From contig JBFWJG010000058.1 in the NCBI GenBank assembly GCA_050253335.1, positions 1 to 12,051 on the forward strand: a stretch of DNA of 12,051 bases, read 5' to 3'. Below the pieces are notes generated by a model. It did no database searches, was not told the origin of the DNA, and saw only the letters and a list, made by a program, of their open reading frames with translations. The DNA comes from Deferribacterales bacterium. Its GTDB lineage: Bacteria > Chrysiogenota > Deferribacteres > Deferribacterales > Geovibrionaceae. The position numbers were made by a program, and so were the translations under genes. Shown here piece after piece: positions 1 through 6,928 of this stretch; the first letter of the stretch is position 1; each line of letters begins with the position of its first letter.

Positions 1-838
1 GCGCCCGCTGATTCTCGGTAAGCTGGTAAACGGCTATATACTTGTTTCCGAAACGGTTGCCCTTGATCTCATCGGAGCGGAATTCATCAGGGAGATTGAG
101 CCGGGCGAGATGGTTATCATCAGCGAGAAGGGGATTGAGTCTCTCCGCCCCTTCGAGAAAAAAACACCGAAGCCCTGCATATTCGAGCATATATATTTCG
201 CAAGACCGGATTCCATGATTTTCGGCGAGAATGTTTATGATGTCCGCAAGAGAATGGGCAGAATGCTCGCCATACAGCAGCCCGCTGACGCGGATATAGT
301 CGTTCCCGTGCCGGATTCGGGGATCATCGCCACAATGGGCTATTCTGAGCAGAGCGGTATCCCTCTTGAAATGGGGCTGATCAGAAACCACTATGTAGGC
401 AGAACATTCATAGAACCGTCCCAGTCGATCAGGCACTTCGGGGTCAAGATTAAGCTGAATCCGGTTAAAAGCGTGATAAGCGGCAAAAAAGTTGTTGTTG
501 TGGATGATTCAATTGTCCGCGGAACCACCAGCCGCAAAATAGTTAAGATGCTCAGGGAAGCAGGTGCAAGGGAGATACACTTCCGTGTGTGCTCTCCGCC
601 AACCAAGTTTCCCTGCTTCTATGGTATAGACACCCCCACCAGAAAGGAACTCATAGCCTCCAGCCATAATGTGGAGGAGATACGCAAATTCATCACAGCG
701 GACACGCTGGGCTATCTGGACATAGGCTGTCTTGAGGAGTGCGCAGGCGGCGGAGAATTCTGCAAGGCCTGTTTCAACGGGGACTACCCGATGATGGCTC
801 TTGACGGCGGCGGGGACAACCCTAAATCAGGATGCTGA
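1..838 (+). CDS. purF: Amidophosphoribosyltransferase (glutamine PRPP amidotransferase), 5'-truncated by the window edge
   Basis: The frame is open from base 2 ([22 protein letters not shown]...), so the ORF-track start at 110 is internal. Motifs: [31 protein letters not shown], the PRPP-binding [20 protein letters not shown] and C-terminal CKAC. Stop TGA at 836-838. Confidence 0.97.
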   Translation, partial: RPLILGKLVNGYILVSETVALDLIGAEFIREIEPGEMVIISEKGIESLRPFEKKTPKPCIFEHIYFARPDSMIFGENVYDVRKRMGRMLAIQQPADADIVVPVPDSGIIATMGYSEQSGIPLEMGLIRNHYVGRTFIEPSQSIRHFGVKIKLNPVKSVISGKKVVVVDDSIVRGTTSRKIVKMLREAGAREIHFRVCSPPTKFPCFYGIDTPTRKELIASSHNVEEIRKFITADTLGYLDIGCLEECAGGGEFCKACFNGDYPMMALDGGGDNPKSGC

Positions 839-858
839 TATTTTTTTGTATATAATTG

Positions 859-900
859 CTGAGGAAGCCTTTCTTTCATTGAAAAGAAAGGTTTCCTCAG
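859..900. terminator. Long inverted repeat (about 18-bp stem) between convergent purF and the LysE gene; probable bidirectional terminator or REP-like element
   Basis: CTGAGGAAGCCTTTCTTT...AAAGAAAGGTTTCCTCAG pairs with a single G-U on the + strand. It lies between two converging stop codons. There is no adjacent U-tract on the + strand. Confidence 0.6.
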
Positions 901-924
901 GCTCCTTCCCTGGAAATCAAGTTC

Positions 925-1554
925 TCACGCTTTCTTATACAACGCCAGACTAAGCCCCAGAGCCATCAGCACAGCACCGGCGATTCTGTTCATAAGAGTG
1001 CCGGCCTTTTCGTTCTTTTTCAGATAATCCCCGATGAAGCCCGCCAGAATTCCGCAGGTTCCGAACACTATGAACGTGCAGACGATGAACAGCATCCCGA
1101 AAACAGCCATCTGTCCGGCCGCGGAACCGTTCTCCTCTTTTACAAACTGAGGAAGAAAGGCAATGAAGAACAGAGCCACCTTGGGGTTCAGAATGTTTGC
1201 CGTGATGCTCTGTATGAAGATCGATTTCGGGGAGAGTACCTTGGTATCGCCGCCGCTAAGGGACGCGCCCTTCGCTGTGAAGGTTTTCCAGCCTATATAA
1301 ATCAGATATGCGGCTCCCAGAAGCTTGATTATTGTGAATATTGCGGCTGAGGACATGACAATGGCCGAAAGCCCGAGAACGGCAAATGCCGTATGCGCTA
1401 TGTTGCCTAAGGAGAAGCCCGCCGCCGCGGAGAGAGCCGACCTGCGCCCCTGAGTCATCCCCCTTGTGATTACATAAAGAATATCGGGCCCCGGGGTGAC
1501 TGCGAGAACTGCTGACGCTGCTGAGAAAAGAAGGATCTGCTGAATATCGGGCAT
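925..1554 (-). CDS. LysE/RhtB family amino-acid exporter (LysE translocator)
   Basis: 209 aa, hydrophobic, with family motifs TPGPD, GAAYLIYIG and NILNPKVALFFIAFLPQF. AGAAAGG lies upstream of the ATG. Confidence 0.93.
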   Translation of the reverse strand: MPDIQQILLFSAASAVLAVTPGPDILYVITRGMTQGRRSALSAAAGFSLGNIAHTAFAVLGLSAIVMSSAAIFTIIKLLGAAYLIYIGWKTFTAKGASLSGGDTKVLSPKSIFIQSITANILNPKVALFFIAFLPQFVKEENGSAAGQMAVFGMLFIVCTFIVFGTCGILAGFIGDYLKKNEKAGTLMNRIAGAVLMALGLSLALYKKA

Positions 1555-1580
1555 TTGCGCACCTTTCTGACTTTTTGCAG

Positions 1581-1609
1581 ATAGTGGGATAAAAGAGAAT
1601 GGGTGTCAA
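1581..1609 (-). promoter_or_regulatory. Putative sigma70 promoter of the LysE gene
   Basis: Minus strand: TTGACA (1609-1604), 17 bp, CACTAT (1586-1581). It sits just downstream of the ppiD terminator. Confidence 0.55.
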
Positions 1610-1651
1610 GGGAAAAGCGGTTTGTGTTAGCCGGCTTCAATGTTCATGCCG

Positions 1652-1681
1652 AAAAAAAAAGCCCCGCTCGCGGCGGGGCTT
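1652..1681 (-). terminator. Rho-independent terminator after the ppiD-like gene
   Basis: Minus strand: AGCCCCGC-CGCGA-GCGGGGC followed by a 9-T tract, a few bases after the stop at 1688. Confidence 0.9.
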
Positions 1682-1687
1682 GGGTTG

Positions 1688-3586
1688 TTATTTGAAGAGG
1701 TTTTCGTAGAACGGGCTTATTTCAATTTTAGCCTTGGCTTTTGCTTCGGCAAGATAAGCCTTCAGAGCTTCGTCAGACTTGGTCATAAGAAGTTCGTTCC
1801 TGATCATGTCTGCGTAGTCTTTAAGCTCATCCATGGAGGGTTCGGCTACTTCATTCACATAAACAGCGTAAACGGAGCTTCCGTTTACAAAGGGTCTTGC
1901 CGTGAATTTGCCTGTTCCCGCCGCGAATATCATATCATTAAGTTCAAGGTTCATGCCGATGCCCGGAACCTGCTGTGATCTCATAAACTGAGGAGTTGTG
2001 GTGAAGGTTGTGCCGAGCTTGTCTGCTGCGGCTTTGATGTCAGCCTCTTTCATGGCTTCATCAGCCTTTGCTGAAGCAAGCTTCACAGCCTCAACCCTTA
2101 TATAGTCAGCCTCAACCGCCGCGCGCACTTCTTCGAACTCGGGTATTCTGGATTCCTGAACATCCGCAATCTCAAAGATGTAGCTTACTCCGTTAATGGT
2201 TTCAACCTGGCTTACCTCAGACTTGGAGAGTCTGAAAAGTTTAGCCATTACATCAGGGTTAGCGGAAACAGGCTCAACCATATCCGCCTCGGAGAAGAAA
2301 CCTGTTTCCCTGACGGGGAGCTGTGTCTCTGCGGTGCTGTTGTAGGCTGTTATGTTGGCGGCTTTAACCACTGCTGTGTATCTGCCGAAAACATATTCCC
2401 TGAATTCTGCTTCGCCTGACTGCTCAGTGAGAAGCTTTTTGATGTCTTCCTTAACTTCGTCAAGGGTGGGCTTTCTTGCTTCCTGTTTTTCTTCGGCTTT
2501 GATTATGTGGTAGCCGTACATTGTTTTAACAACGCCGCTCACTTCGCCTGAATTGAGGGCGAATGCCGCCTGTTCAAACTCGGGAACCATCTGGCCTTTT
2601 GTGAAGAATCCGAGGTCGCCGCCGTTTGCCGCAGAGGAGTCAGCGGAATATTTTTTTGCGGCTTCGGCGAAGTCAAGTCCGCCTTTTATCTCGTTCAGTA
2701 TGCTTTCTGATTTTGCGAGAGCCGCTTTGACAGCTTCGTCATTGTGCCAGTCCTCCACACGGATAAGGATGTGTCTGGCGTGCACGGCTTCGGGAGAGTT
2801 GAACTGATCCTGATTGCGCACATAGTAGCTTTCCGCGTCCTGATCAGACACAACCGAAGCGGGAGTGAAGGAAGCAGGGTCAAAGTATGTGTACAGAACT
2901 TTGATGCGTTTGGGGATGCGGTAGCTCTCGGTGTTTGCCGTGTAGTATTCTTTCAGGGCAGCCTCTTCCGCCTTTATTTCGTGGGCGAAGTTTTCCGCGC
3001 TGAAGGTTATGTATGATACGGAGGCTTTTTTGTTTCTGTATGAGTATTCTTTTGCCACTTCCTCATCGTTTACCGAAACTGAGGCGGCAACAAGTTCACG
3101 CATTTTTTCCGCAAGCCTGTCCGTTTTTACGGATGCTTCAAACTGCTGGGGAGTCATGCGGCTTCTGGCAAGGATTGTCTGGTAGGCATCCTTGTTGAAC
3201 TTTCCGTCCACCTGAAAGGAGGGGATGGATGTTATGACAGCCAGAACTTCGTCGTCGGAAACGGTTATGCCGTTTTCCTCTGCTTTCTGAATCAGGAGAT
3301 ATTTGTTTGTCAGGTCTTCTATAACCTGTTTCTCAAGCTCCCCGTCCTGAGCAAGAGAATCGAAGTTGTCTCCGAATATGCTTCTCATGTAGTTGCGGGT
3401 GTTCTCAAGAGTGTTGGAGTATTCTTCGTAGGATACTGTTTTTCCGTTGATTTTCATGAGGAAGTTCGCGTTCGCGACGTTATCGCCCACACCCCATACG
3501 AGGAAGATGGTTACGACAAATGCGATGATAACAAACCAAAGGGCAAACTTGAGGACGGCTTTTTGTTTTCTGAAGCTGGTAAGCAT
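1688..3586 (-). CDS. ppiD: PpiD-like membrane-anchored periplasmic chaperone / parvulin PPIase (SurA N-terminal domain plus rotamase domain)
   Basis: Start re-called to ATG 3586 (MLTSFRKQK...), preceded by GGAG; the track start at 3646 lies inside the SRP RNA. There is an N-terminal TM helix (FALWFVIIAFVVTIFLVWGVG), a SurA_N-like region (IPSFQVDGKFNKDAY) and parvulin motifs HARHILI, GGDLGFFTKGQMVPEFEQAAF and YGYHII. 632 aa. Confidence 0.88.
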   Translation of the reverse strand: MLTSFRKQKAVLKFALWFVIIAFVVTIFLVWGVGDNVANANFLMKINGKTVSYEEYSNTLENTRNYMRSIFGDNFDSLAQDGELEKQVIEDLTNKYLLIQKAEENGITVSDDEVLAVITSIPSFQVDGKFNKDAYQTILARSRMTPQQFEASVKTDRLAEKMRELVAASVSVNDEEVAKEYSYRNKKASVSYITFSAENFAHEIKAEEAALKEYYTANTESYRIPKRIKVLYTYFDPASFTPASVVSDQDAESYYVRNQDQFNSPEAVHARHILIRVEDWHNDEAVKAALAKSESILNEIKGGLDFAEAAKKYSADSSAANGGDLGFFTKGQMVPEFEQAAFALNSGEVSGVVKTMYGYHIIKAEEKQEARKPTLDEVKEDIKKLLTEQSGEAEFREYVFGRYTAVVKAANITAYNSTAETQLPVRETGFFSEADMVEPVSANPDVMAKLFRLSKSEVSQVETINGVSYIFEIADVQESRIPEFEEVRAAVEADYIRVEAVKLASAKADEAMKEADIKAAADKLGTTFTTTPQFMRSQQVPGIGMNLELNDMIFAAGTGKFTARPFVNGSSVYAVYVNEVAEPSMDELKDYADMIRNELLMTKSDEALKAYLAEAKAKAKIEISPFYENLFK

Positions 3587-3622
3587 TTGGTGACTCCGAA
3601 GTTTTTTAATTAAACTTAAAAA

Positions 3623-3726
3623 GGCTCGACAGGGAAACTCCGGCACATAATCGCAAATGTTACCGTTGCTCCCTTCCGGGCCTGGCGGGGTTCACACAGC
3701 AACCATTGCAGAGGCCCCATCGAGCC
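3623..3726 (-). ncRNA. ffs: Signal recognition particle RNA, small (4.5S) type
   Basis: The minus strand reads GGCTCGATGGGG...GTGAACCCCGCCAGGCCCGGAAGGGAGCAACGGTAAC...CCCTGTCGAGCC. This is the conserved domain IV core (CAGG...GGAA tetraloop...AGCA) in a long hairpin closed by GGCTCGA/TCGAGCC and followed by TTTTT. Confidence 0.95.
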
Positions 3727-3747
3727 ACTCTCTTGATACTTGAAAAA

Positions 3748-3836
3748 CGGAGAAGGAGGGATTCGAACCCTCGGTACGCTTTCACGCACATACGAGTTCC
3801 AGTCGTACGCCTTCAACCTGACTCGGCCACCTCTCC
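3748..3836 (-). tRNA. tRNA-Ser (anticodon GGA); 3' CCA not encoded
   Basis: Minus strand: acceptor GGAGAGG/CTTCTCC plus discriminator G, D arm GCCGAGTCAGGTTGAAGGC, anticodon arm TACGA-CTGGAAC-TCGTA, long variable arm, T arm GAGGG-TTCGAAT-CCCTC. Confidence 0.97.
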
Positions 3837-3850
3837 TTTAAGAGAGAACA

Positions 3851-3879
3851 GATATATCAGGCACATTTGCATCTGTCAA
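3851..3879 (-). promoter_or_regulatory. Putative sigma70 promoter for tRNA-Ser / ffs (and possibly ppiD)
   Basis: Minus strand: perfect TTGACA (3879-3874), 17 bp, TATATC (3856-3851) preceded by TGn. It ends about 14 nt before the tRNA 5' end. Confidence 0.65.
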
Positions 3880-3960
3880 CAACTAAAGACAGGTCTTATT
3901 AGGTCTTAAAGGGGAAAAGTTTAGCCTTGGGCTGCGCGCGGATATTTCAGGGGACGGCGC

Positions 3961-3989
3961 AAAGGAAAGGGCGGCTTCCGCGCCGCCCT
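3961..3989 (-). terminator. Probable intrinsic terminator of the hypothetical gene
   Basis: Minus strand: AGGGCGGC-GCGGAA-GCCGCCCT then TTCCTTT, 10 nt after the stop at 3999. Confidence 0.7.
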
Positions 3990-3998
3990 GCCGCAGTG

Positions 3999-5006
3999 TT
4001 ATTTAAATTCGTATTTGAGTGCTGTCATTCCGGCTATTTCGTCCATTCCGACGCCCATCATGCTGCTCAGCATAAGCTCCTGAAGGCTCACAGGCTCAGC
4101 AGGCTTCATGGTAAGCACGATCTCTTTTCTGTTTTCCTGAAGCGCTTTCTTTATATCTTCCGCGAGCTGTTTTTCAAAAGGGGACTCGGTTTCGGCTATG
4201 TCCTGATCCAACTCCGCTATGAATTTCTGTCTGCGCTCTTCGGGTGTGGAGTTGTCGCCCTCTTCAGGGGTGAAAAAGAGCTTTTCCGCAGCTCCCTTGT
4301 CCTTCATGGTGAGGGTGAGGCTGTTCAGCTTGAGATTGGCCAGATCCTCCTGCACCTTTGCGTTAAACTCAGCGTCATTCTGAAGAGCTGTTGTATTGCT
4401 GCTGCTGAATTTTGCGTAGCTTTTTATATCCACACCGCTGAAGGTTAGGTTGATTTTCACGTCCGCAAGATCCCTGAAGAAGAAGTTCATGCGGGTGTAT
4501 TCGTATATCTGTTTAGTGAAGTCCGCGTCTGTCGCGAGTTCGATGTCGACCACAAGCTCATCGGTTCCGAGCTTTGCCGTCATCTCCGGTGAATCAACCG
4601 GAAGGCGGAGCGCGCTGACATTTATTTCCGTGTTTTTAGGTATACCGTCTTCGGTTTTATACTTTTTGACGTATATCTCATCGATTTTGATGAATTCATC
4701 GCCGTTGGCTATTGTGATGTCTTTTATTTTTGACTTGTAGGTAACGATATTGAAATCAAGGGATTCCGCCTTGAAATAGAGCCCCGAGTCCTCAAAATCA
4801 ACCTGCTTTAATTTGCCGCTCATGGTGACGGGGTTTACGCTGAGCGCCTCGTACCTTATTTTTTCGCTGAAACCGGCTGAAGCGGCAAATTCGTTGATCC
4901 GCTCCACAACCTGAGTTTTCAGATACGCCGATACGCCAACATAAAGGAGAATCAGCAGGACTGCGGCAAGGGCCGCTGCAAGACGCTTTTTTGTCATAAT
5001 TTTCAC
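3999..5006 (-). CDS. Hypothetical N-terminally anchored or exported protein (start GTG 5006 or ATG 4997)
   Basis: 335-aa ORF with GGAG upstream and its own terminator. The N-terminus is basic then hydrophobic (KKRLAAALAAVLLILLYVGVSAYL), followed by a region with alternating beta-strand-like patterns. I cannot assign a family with certainty. Confidence 0.85.
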   Translation of the reverse strand: MKIMTKKRLAAALAAVLLILLYVGVSAYLKTQVVERINEFAASAGFSEKIRYEALSVNPVTMSGKLKQVDFEDSGLYFKAESLDFNIVTYKSKIKDITIANGDEFIKIDEIYVKKYKTEDGIPKNTEINVSALRLPVDSPEMTAKLGTDELVVDIELATDADFTKQIYEYTRMNFFFRDLADVKINLTFSGVDIKSYAKFSSSNTTALQNDAEFNAKVQEDLANLKLNSLTLTMKDKGAAEKLFFTPEEGDNSTPEERRQKFIAELDQDIAETESPFEKQLAEDIKKALQENRKEIVLTMKPAEPVSLQELMLSSMMGVGMDEIAGMTALKYEFK

Positions 5007-5046
5007 TTGCTCCGTAATATTATCCGCCTTTGAAAAGGCTTTTTAT

Positions 5047-5074
5047 AGTCTATTGATCCCCACGCTAATATCAA
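5047..5074 (-). promoter_or_regulatory. Putative divergent sigma70 promoter for the hypothetical gene
   Basis: Minus strand: TTGATA (5074-5069), 16 bp, TAGACT (5052-5047). It overlaps the + strand promoter. Confidence 0.4.
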
Positions 5075-5081
5075 GTAGAAT
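5053..5081 (+). promoter_or_regulatory. Putative sigma70 promoter for the ECF operon (distal)
   Basis: TTGATC (5053-5058), 17 bp, TAGAAT (5076-5081). Confidence 0.55.
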
Positions 5082-5168
5082 AAACAGCCGGAAGGTCTTT
5101 TTTTTGTAAAGGTGAAAGAACGGTCTTGCGGGTTGAGCCGCAAGGCAGTAAATTTTTTTTACGGCAAT

Positions 5169-5195
5169 GAACTTTTAAAGCTGATGCTTATCAAG
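5169..5195 (+). promoter_or_regulatory. SigmaE-type (ECF) autoregulatory promoter
   Basis: GAACTT (5169-5174), 16 bp, TCAAG (5191-5195). This matches the RpoE/AlgU consensus GAACTT-N16-TCAAA/TCTGA and lies directly before RBS AGGAGG (5202-5207) of the sigma gene. Confidence 0.75.
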
Positions 5196-5212
5196 GTAAG
5201 CAGGAGGAATAG

Positions 5213-5788
5213 ATGGGAGATGCTCTCGTAGTAGAAAAGGTAATTGAAGGTGACGCGGCGTCGTACGAGCTGCTTATCCGGAAATACCAGTCCAAGCTTT
5301 TCAGCACCGTGCTTCACATGGTTAAAAACCGAGAACTGGCTGAAGACATTGTGCAGGAAAGCTTTTTAAGGGCTTTCAGGAAGCTTGACACCCTTAATAA
5401 CCGCTCCCAGTTTTATCCCTGGATAAAACGCATAGCCCTTAACATGGCACTGAACCACTTTGAGAAGGAAAAGCGTGTTCTTGATGTGGAGACGGATGAG
5501 GATGAATCCAGCTTCTTTGAAAACATAGCCTCCGGCGAAAGCCCTGAAGAGCTTACGCTGAAAGAGGAAATGAAAAGATATGTGCGCATGTTCGTGGACT
5601 CCCTGCCGGACAGGCTCAGGGTGGTCATAATACTCCGCGAGGTGGAGGACATGAGCTATGAAGAAATAGCGGAGATGCTCAACATCCCGCTGGGAACAGT
5701 CAGAAGCAGACTGTTCAACGCCAGAAATATTATAAAAGAAAGACTCATAAAACAGGGGCTTGCAGATGGACTGTACAAAACATCGTAA
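5213..5788 (+). CDS. rpoE: ECF RNA polymerase sigma factor, RpoE/SigW-like
   Basis: 191 aa. Region 2 has AEDIVQESFLRAFRKL and FYPWIKRIALN; region 4 has LREVEDMSYEEIAEMLNIPLGTVRSRLFNAR. Strong RBS. The symbol rests on operon context and the promoter motif. Confidence 0.93.
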   Translation: MGDALVVEKVIEGDAASYELLIRKYQSKLFSTVLHMVKNRELAEDIVQESFLRAFRKLDTLNNRSQFYPWIKRIALNMALNHFEKEKRVLDVETDEDESSFFENIASGESPEELTLKEEMKRYVRMFVDSLPDRLRVVIILREVEDMSYEEIAEMLNIPLGTVRSRLFNARNIIKERLIKQGLADGLYKTS

Positions 5789-6215
5789 ATTGTTGTCGGC
5801 TTATGTAGACGGTGAATGTTCGCAGTTTGAGTCCGCAGCGGCGGAGGCGCACCTGAAAAAGTGCGCTCCGTGCAGAAACGAACTTTCAGAGCTTTACACG
5901 CTGGGTTCCATGATACGGGAAAGCTATTCAAAAACGGAAGAGGTTGACTTTGCCTCCTCTATTATGGCCTCCGTTATGTCGGACTCGGGCGAAGCTGCCG
6001 CACCGCTCAGAAAGAGCAGGAAGAAAGTCATAGGGTTCAGCTCTGTGGCCGCCGCTCTGGTCGCGGGACTTATGGCTTTTGCCGTGATGAACCCTTTTGA
6101 GACGGACAGCGTCGCATCAGGCAACGAAAAGCTGGAACGCTACGTGTTTGAACACGTAGCCAGCACATATGACGGCACACATGATGAAATCGGAGTAGTC
6201 AACTTCGGACAATGA
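5766..6215 (+). CDS. Membrane-anchored zinc-binding anti-sigma factor (zf-HC2 / ZAS), functional RseA analogue
   Basis: ATG 5766 is preferred over TTG 5760. MDC...LLSAYVDGE...HLKKCAPC contains the HxxxCxxC motif. One TM helix (VIGFSSVAAALVAGLMAFAVM) is followed by a short periplasmic tail. The gene overlaps the end of the sigma gene. Confidence 0.9.
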   Translation: MDCTKHRKLLSAYVDGECSQFESAAAEAHLKKCAPCRNELSELYTLGSMIRESYSKTEEVDFASSIMASVMSDSGEAAAPLRKSRKKVIGFSSVAAALVAGLMAFAVMNPFETDSVASGNEKLERYVFEHVASTYDGTHDEIGVVNFGQ

Positions 6216-6928
6216 CAAGAATTATTTTTTTAATCCTTCTTATACCCTTTGTCAGTTACGGCGGCGATGTGAAGGTCTTCTTCAAGATCGCCGTTGACGA
6301 AAGGGCTTATTCCTCCTTTCTTCTTGAAAATCTGGGCGAGGGGCATTCCGCCCTGCACGATCTGGCGTCCAGACTCAAGGAAAAGCATCTGGAGCTGGAT
6401 AAGATACAGAAGGATTTTTACAACATTAAAATTGAATACGGCATGAAGTATAACGGACATGATGCCGCTCAGTACGACATCATTCCTATTCTGCCGGACA
6501 GGTTCAGACACGTTCTCCTTGTTGATGAGAAGTGGGACCAGATTCTCCGCAGGGAGGTTTACGACCCTGACGGCAAACTGATCTACGCCTACAGCTTTGA
6601 GGACAGGGACGGGGAGCTTAAACCTGTAATAGACCGTCCGCAGCCTGCCCTGTCTGCCGGAAGGGACGAGTTCCCGGGATTTAAGGCTGTTTTCAGGAAG
6701 GAGCTCAAGGACGGAACCGTTCAGACTTTATATTCTGACGGGCTCAACCGCTTTTCCGTTTTCGTCAGCCGGACGGAAGGGGAGATGAAGGATTCCGCCC
6801 GCATCTTATACGGTAATTACGTTTTCAGAAAACAGATTGGCAGAACGTTGTACACTGTTGTGGGAACCATACCTTTTCCGCAGATGGAAAAGGTTGTAGC
6901 CAGACTTGCCCTCAAGGAGGAAAAATAA
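6212..6928 (+). CDS. RseB/MucB-like periplasmic sigmaE regulator (short form)
   Basis: Signal-peptide-like N-terminus. IIPILPDRFRHVLLVDEKWDQILRREVYDPDGKLI and LYSDGLNRFSVF resemble conserved RseB/MucB segments (P-x-D-x-x-R...D...D-x-x-G and YSDGL-x-x-FSVF). ATGA overlap with the anti-sigma gene. Confidence 0.75.
   Translation: MTRIIFLILLIPFVSYGGDVKVFFKIAVDERAYSSFLLENLGEGHSALHDLASRLKEKHLELDKIQKDFYNIKIEYGMKYNGHDAAQYDIIPILPDRFRHVLLVDEKWDQILRREVYDPDGKLIYAYSFEDRDGELKPVIDRPQPALSAGRDEFPGFKAVFRKELKDGTVQTLYSDGLNRFSVFVSRTEGEMKDSARILYGNYVFRKQIGRTLYTVVGTIPFPQMEKVVARLALKEEK

Noticed and set aside
851..856. TATAAT after purF as an antisense promoter into the LysE gene
   Set aside because: No -35 box at the proper spacing and no correctly placed extended -10 TG. 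Likely chance in an AT-rich spacer.
1640..3198. Several + strand ORFs within ppiD (1640-1978, 2553-2807, 2744-3016, 3013-3198)
   Set aside because: Antisense shadows of a conserved gene with no independent evidence.
3587..3646. 20-codon N-terminal extension of ppiD in the ORF track
   Set aside because: It starts inside ffs. ATG 3586 has a GGAG RBS and gives a typical PpiD N-terminus.
3727..3760. tRNA-Ser 3' end as an integration site for an island or prophage
   Set aside because: I see no duplicated tRNA 3' end and no integrase, and housekeeping ffs follows after 21 nt.
3616..3909. Short ORFs 3616-3816 (-) and 3706-3909 (+)
   Set aside because: They are translations of the tRNA-Ser and SRP RNA genes.
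3927..4448. 173-aa + strand ORF (and 4450-4740)
   Set aside because: Antisense to the 335-aa gene that has an RBS and terminator. TTG starts and no recognisable motifs.
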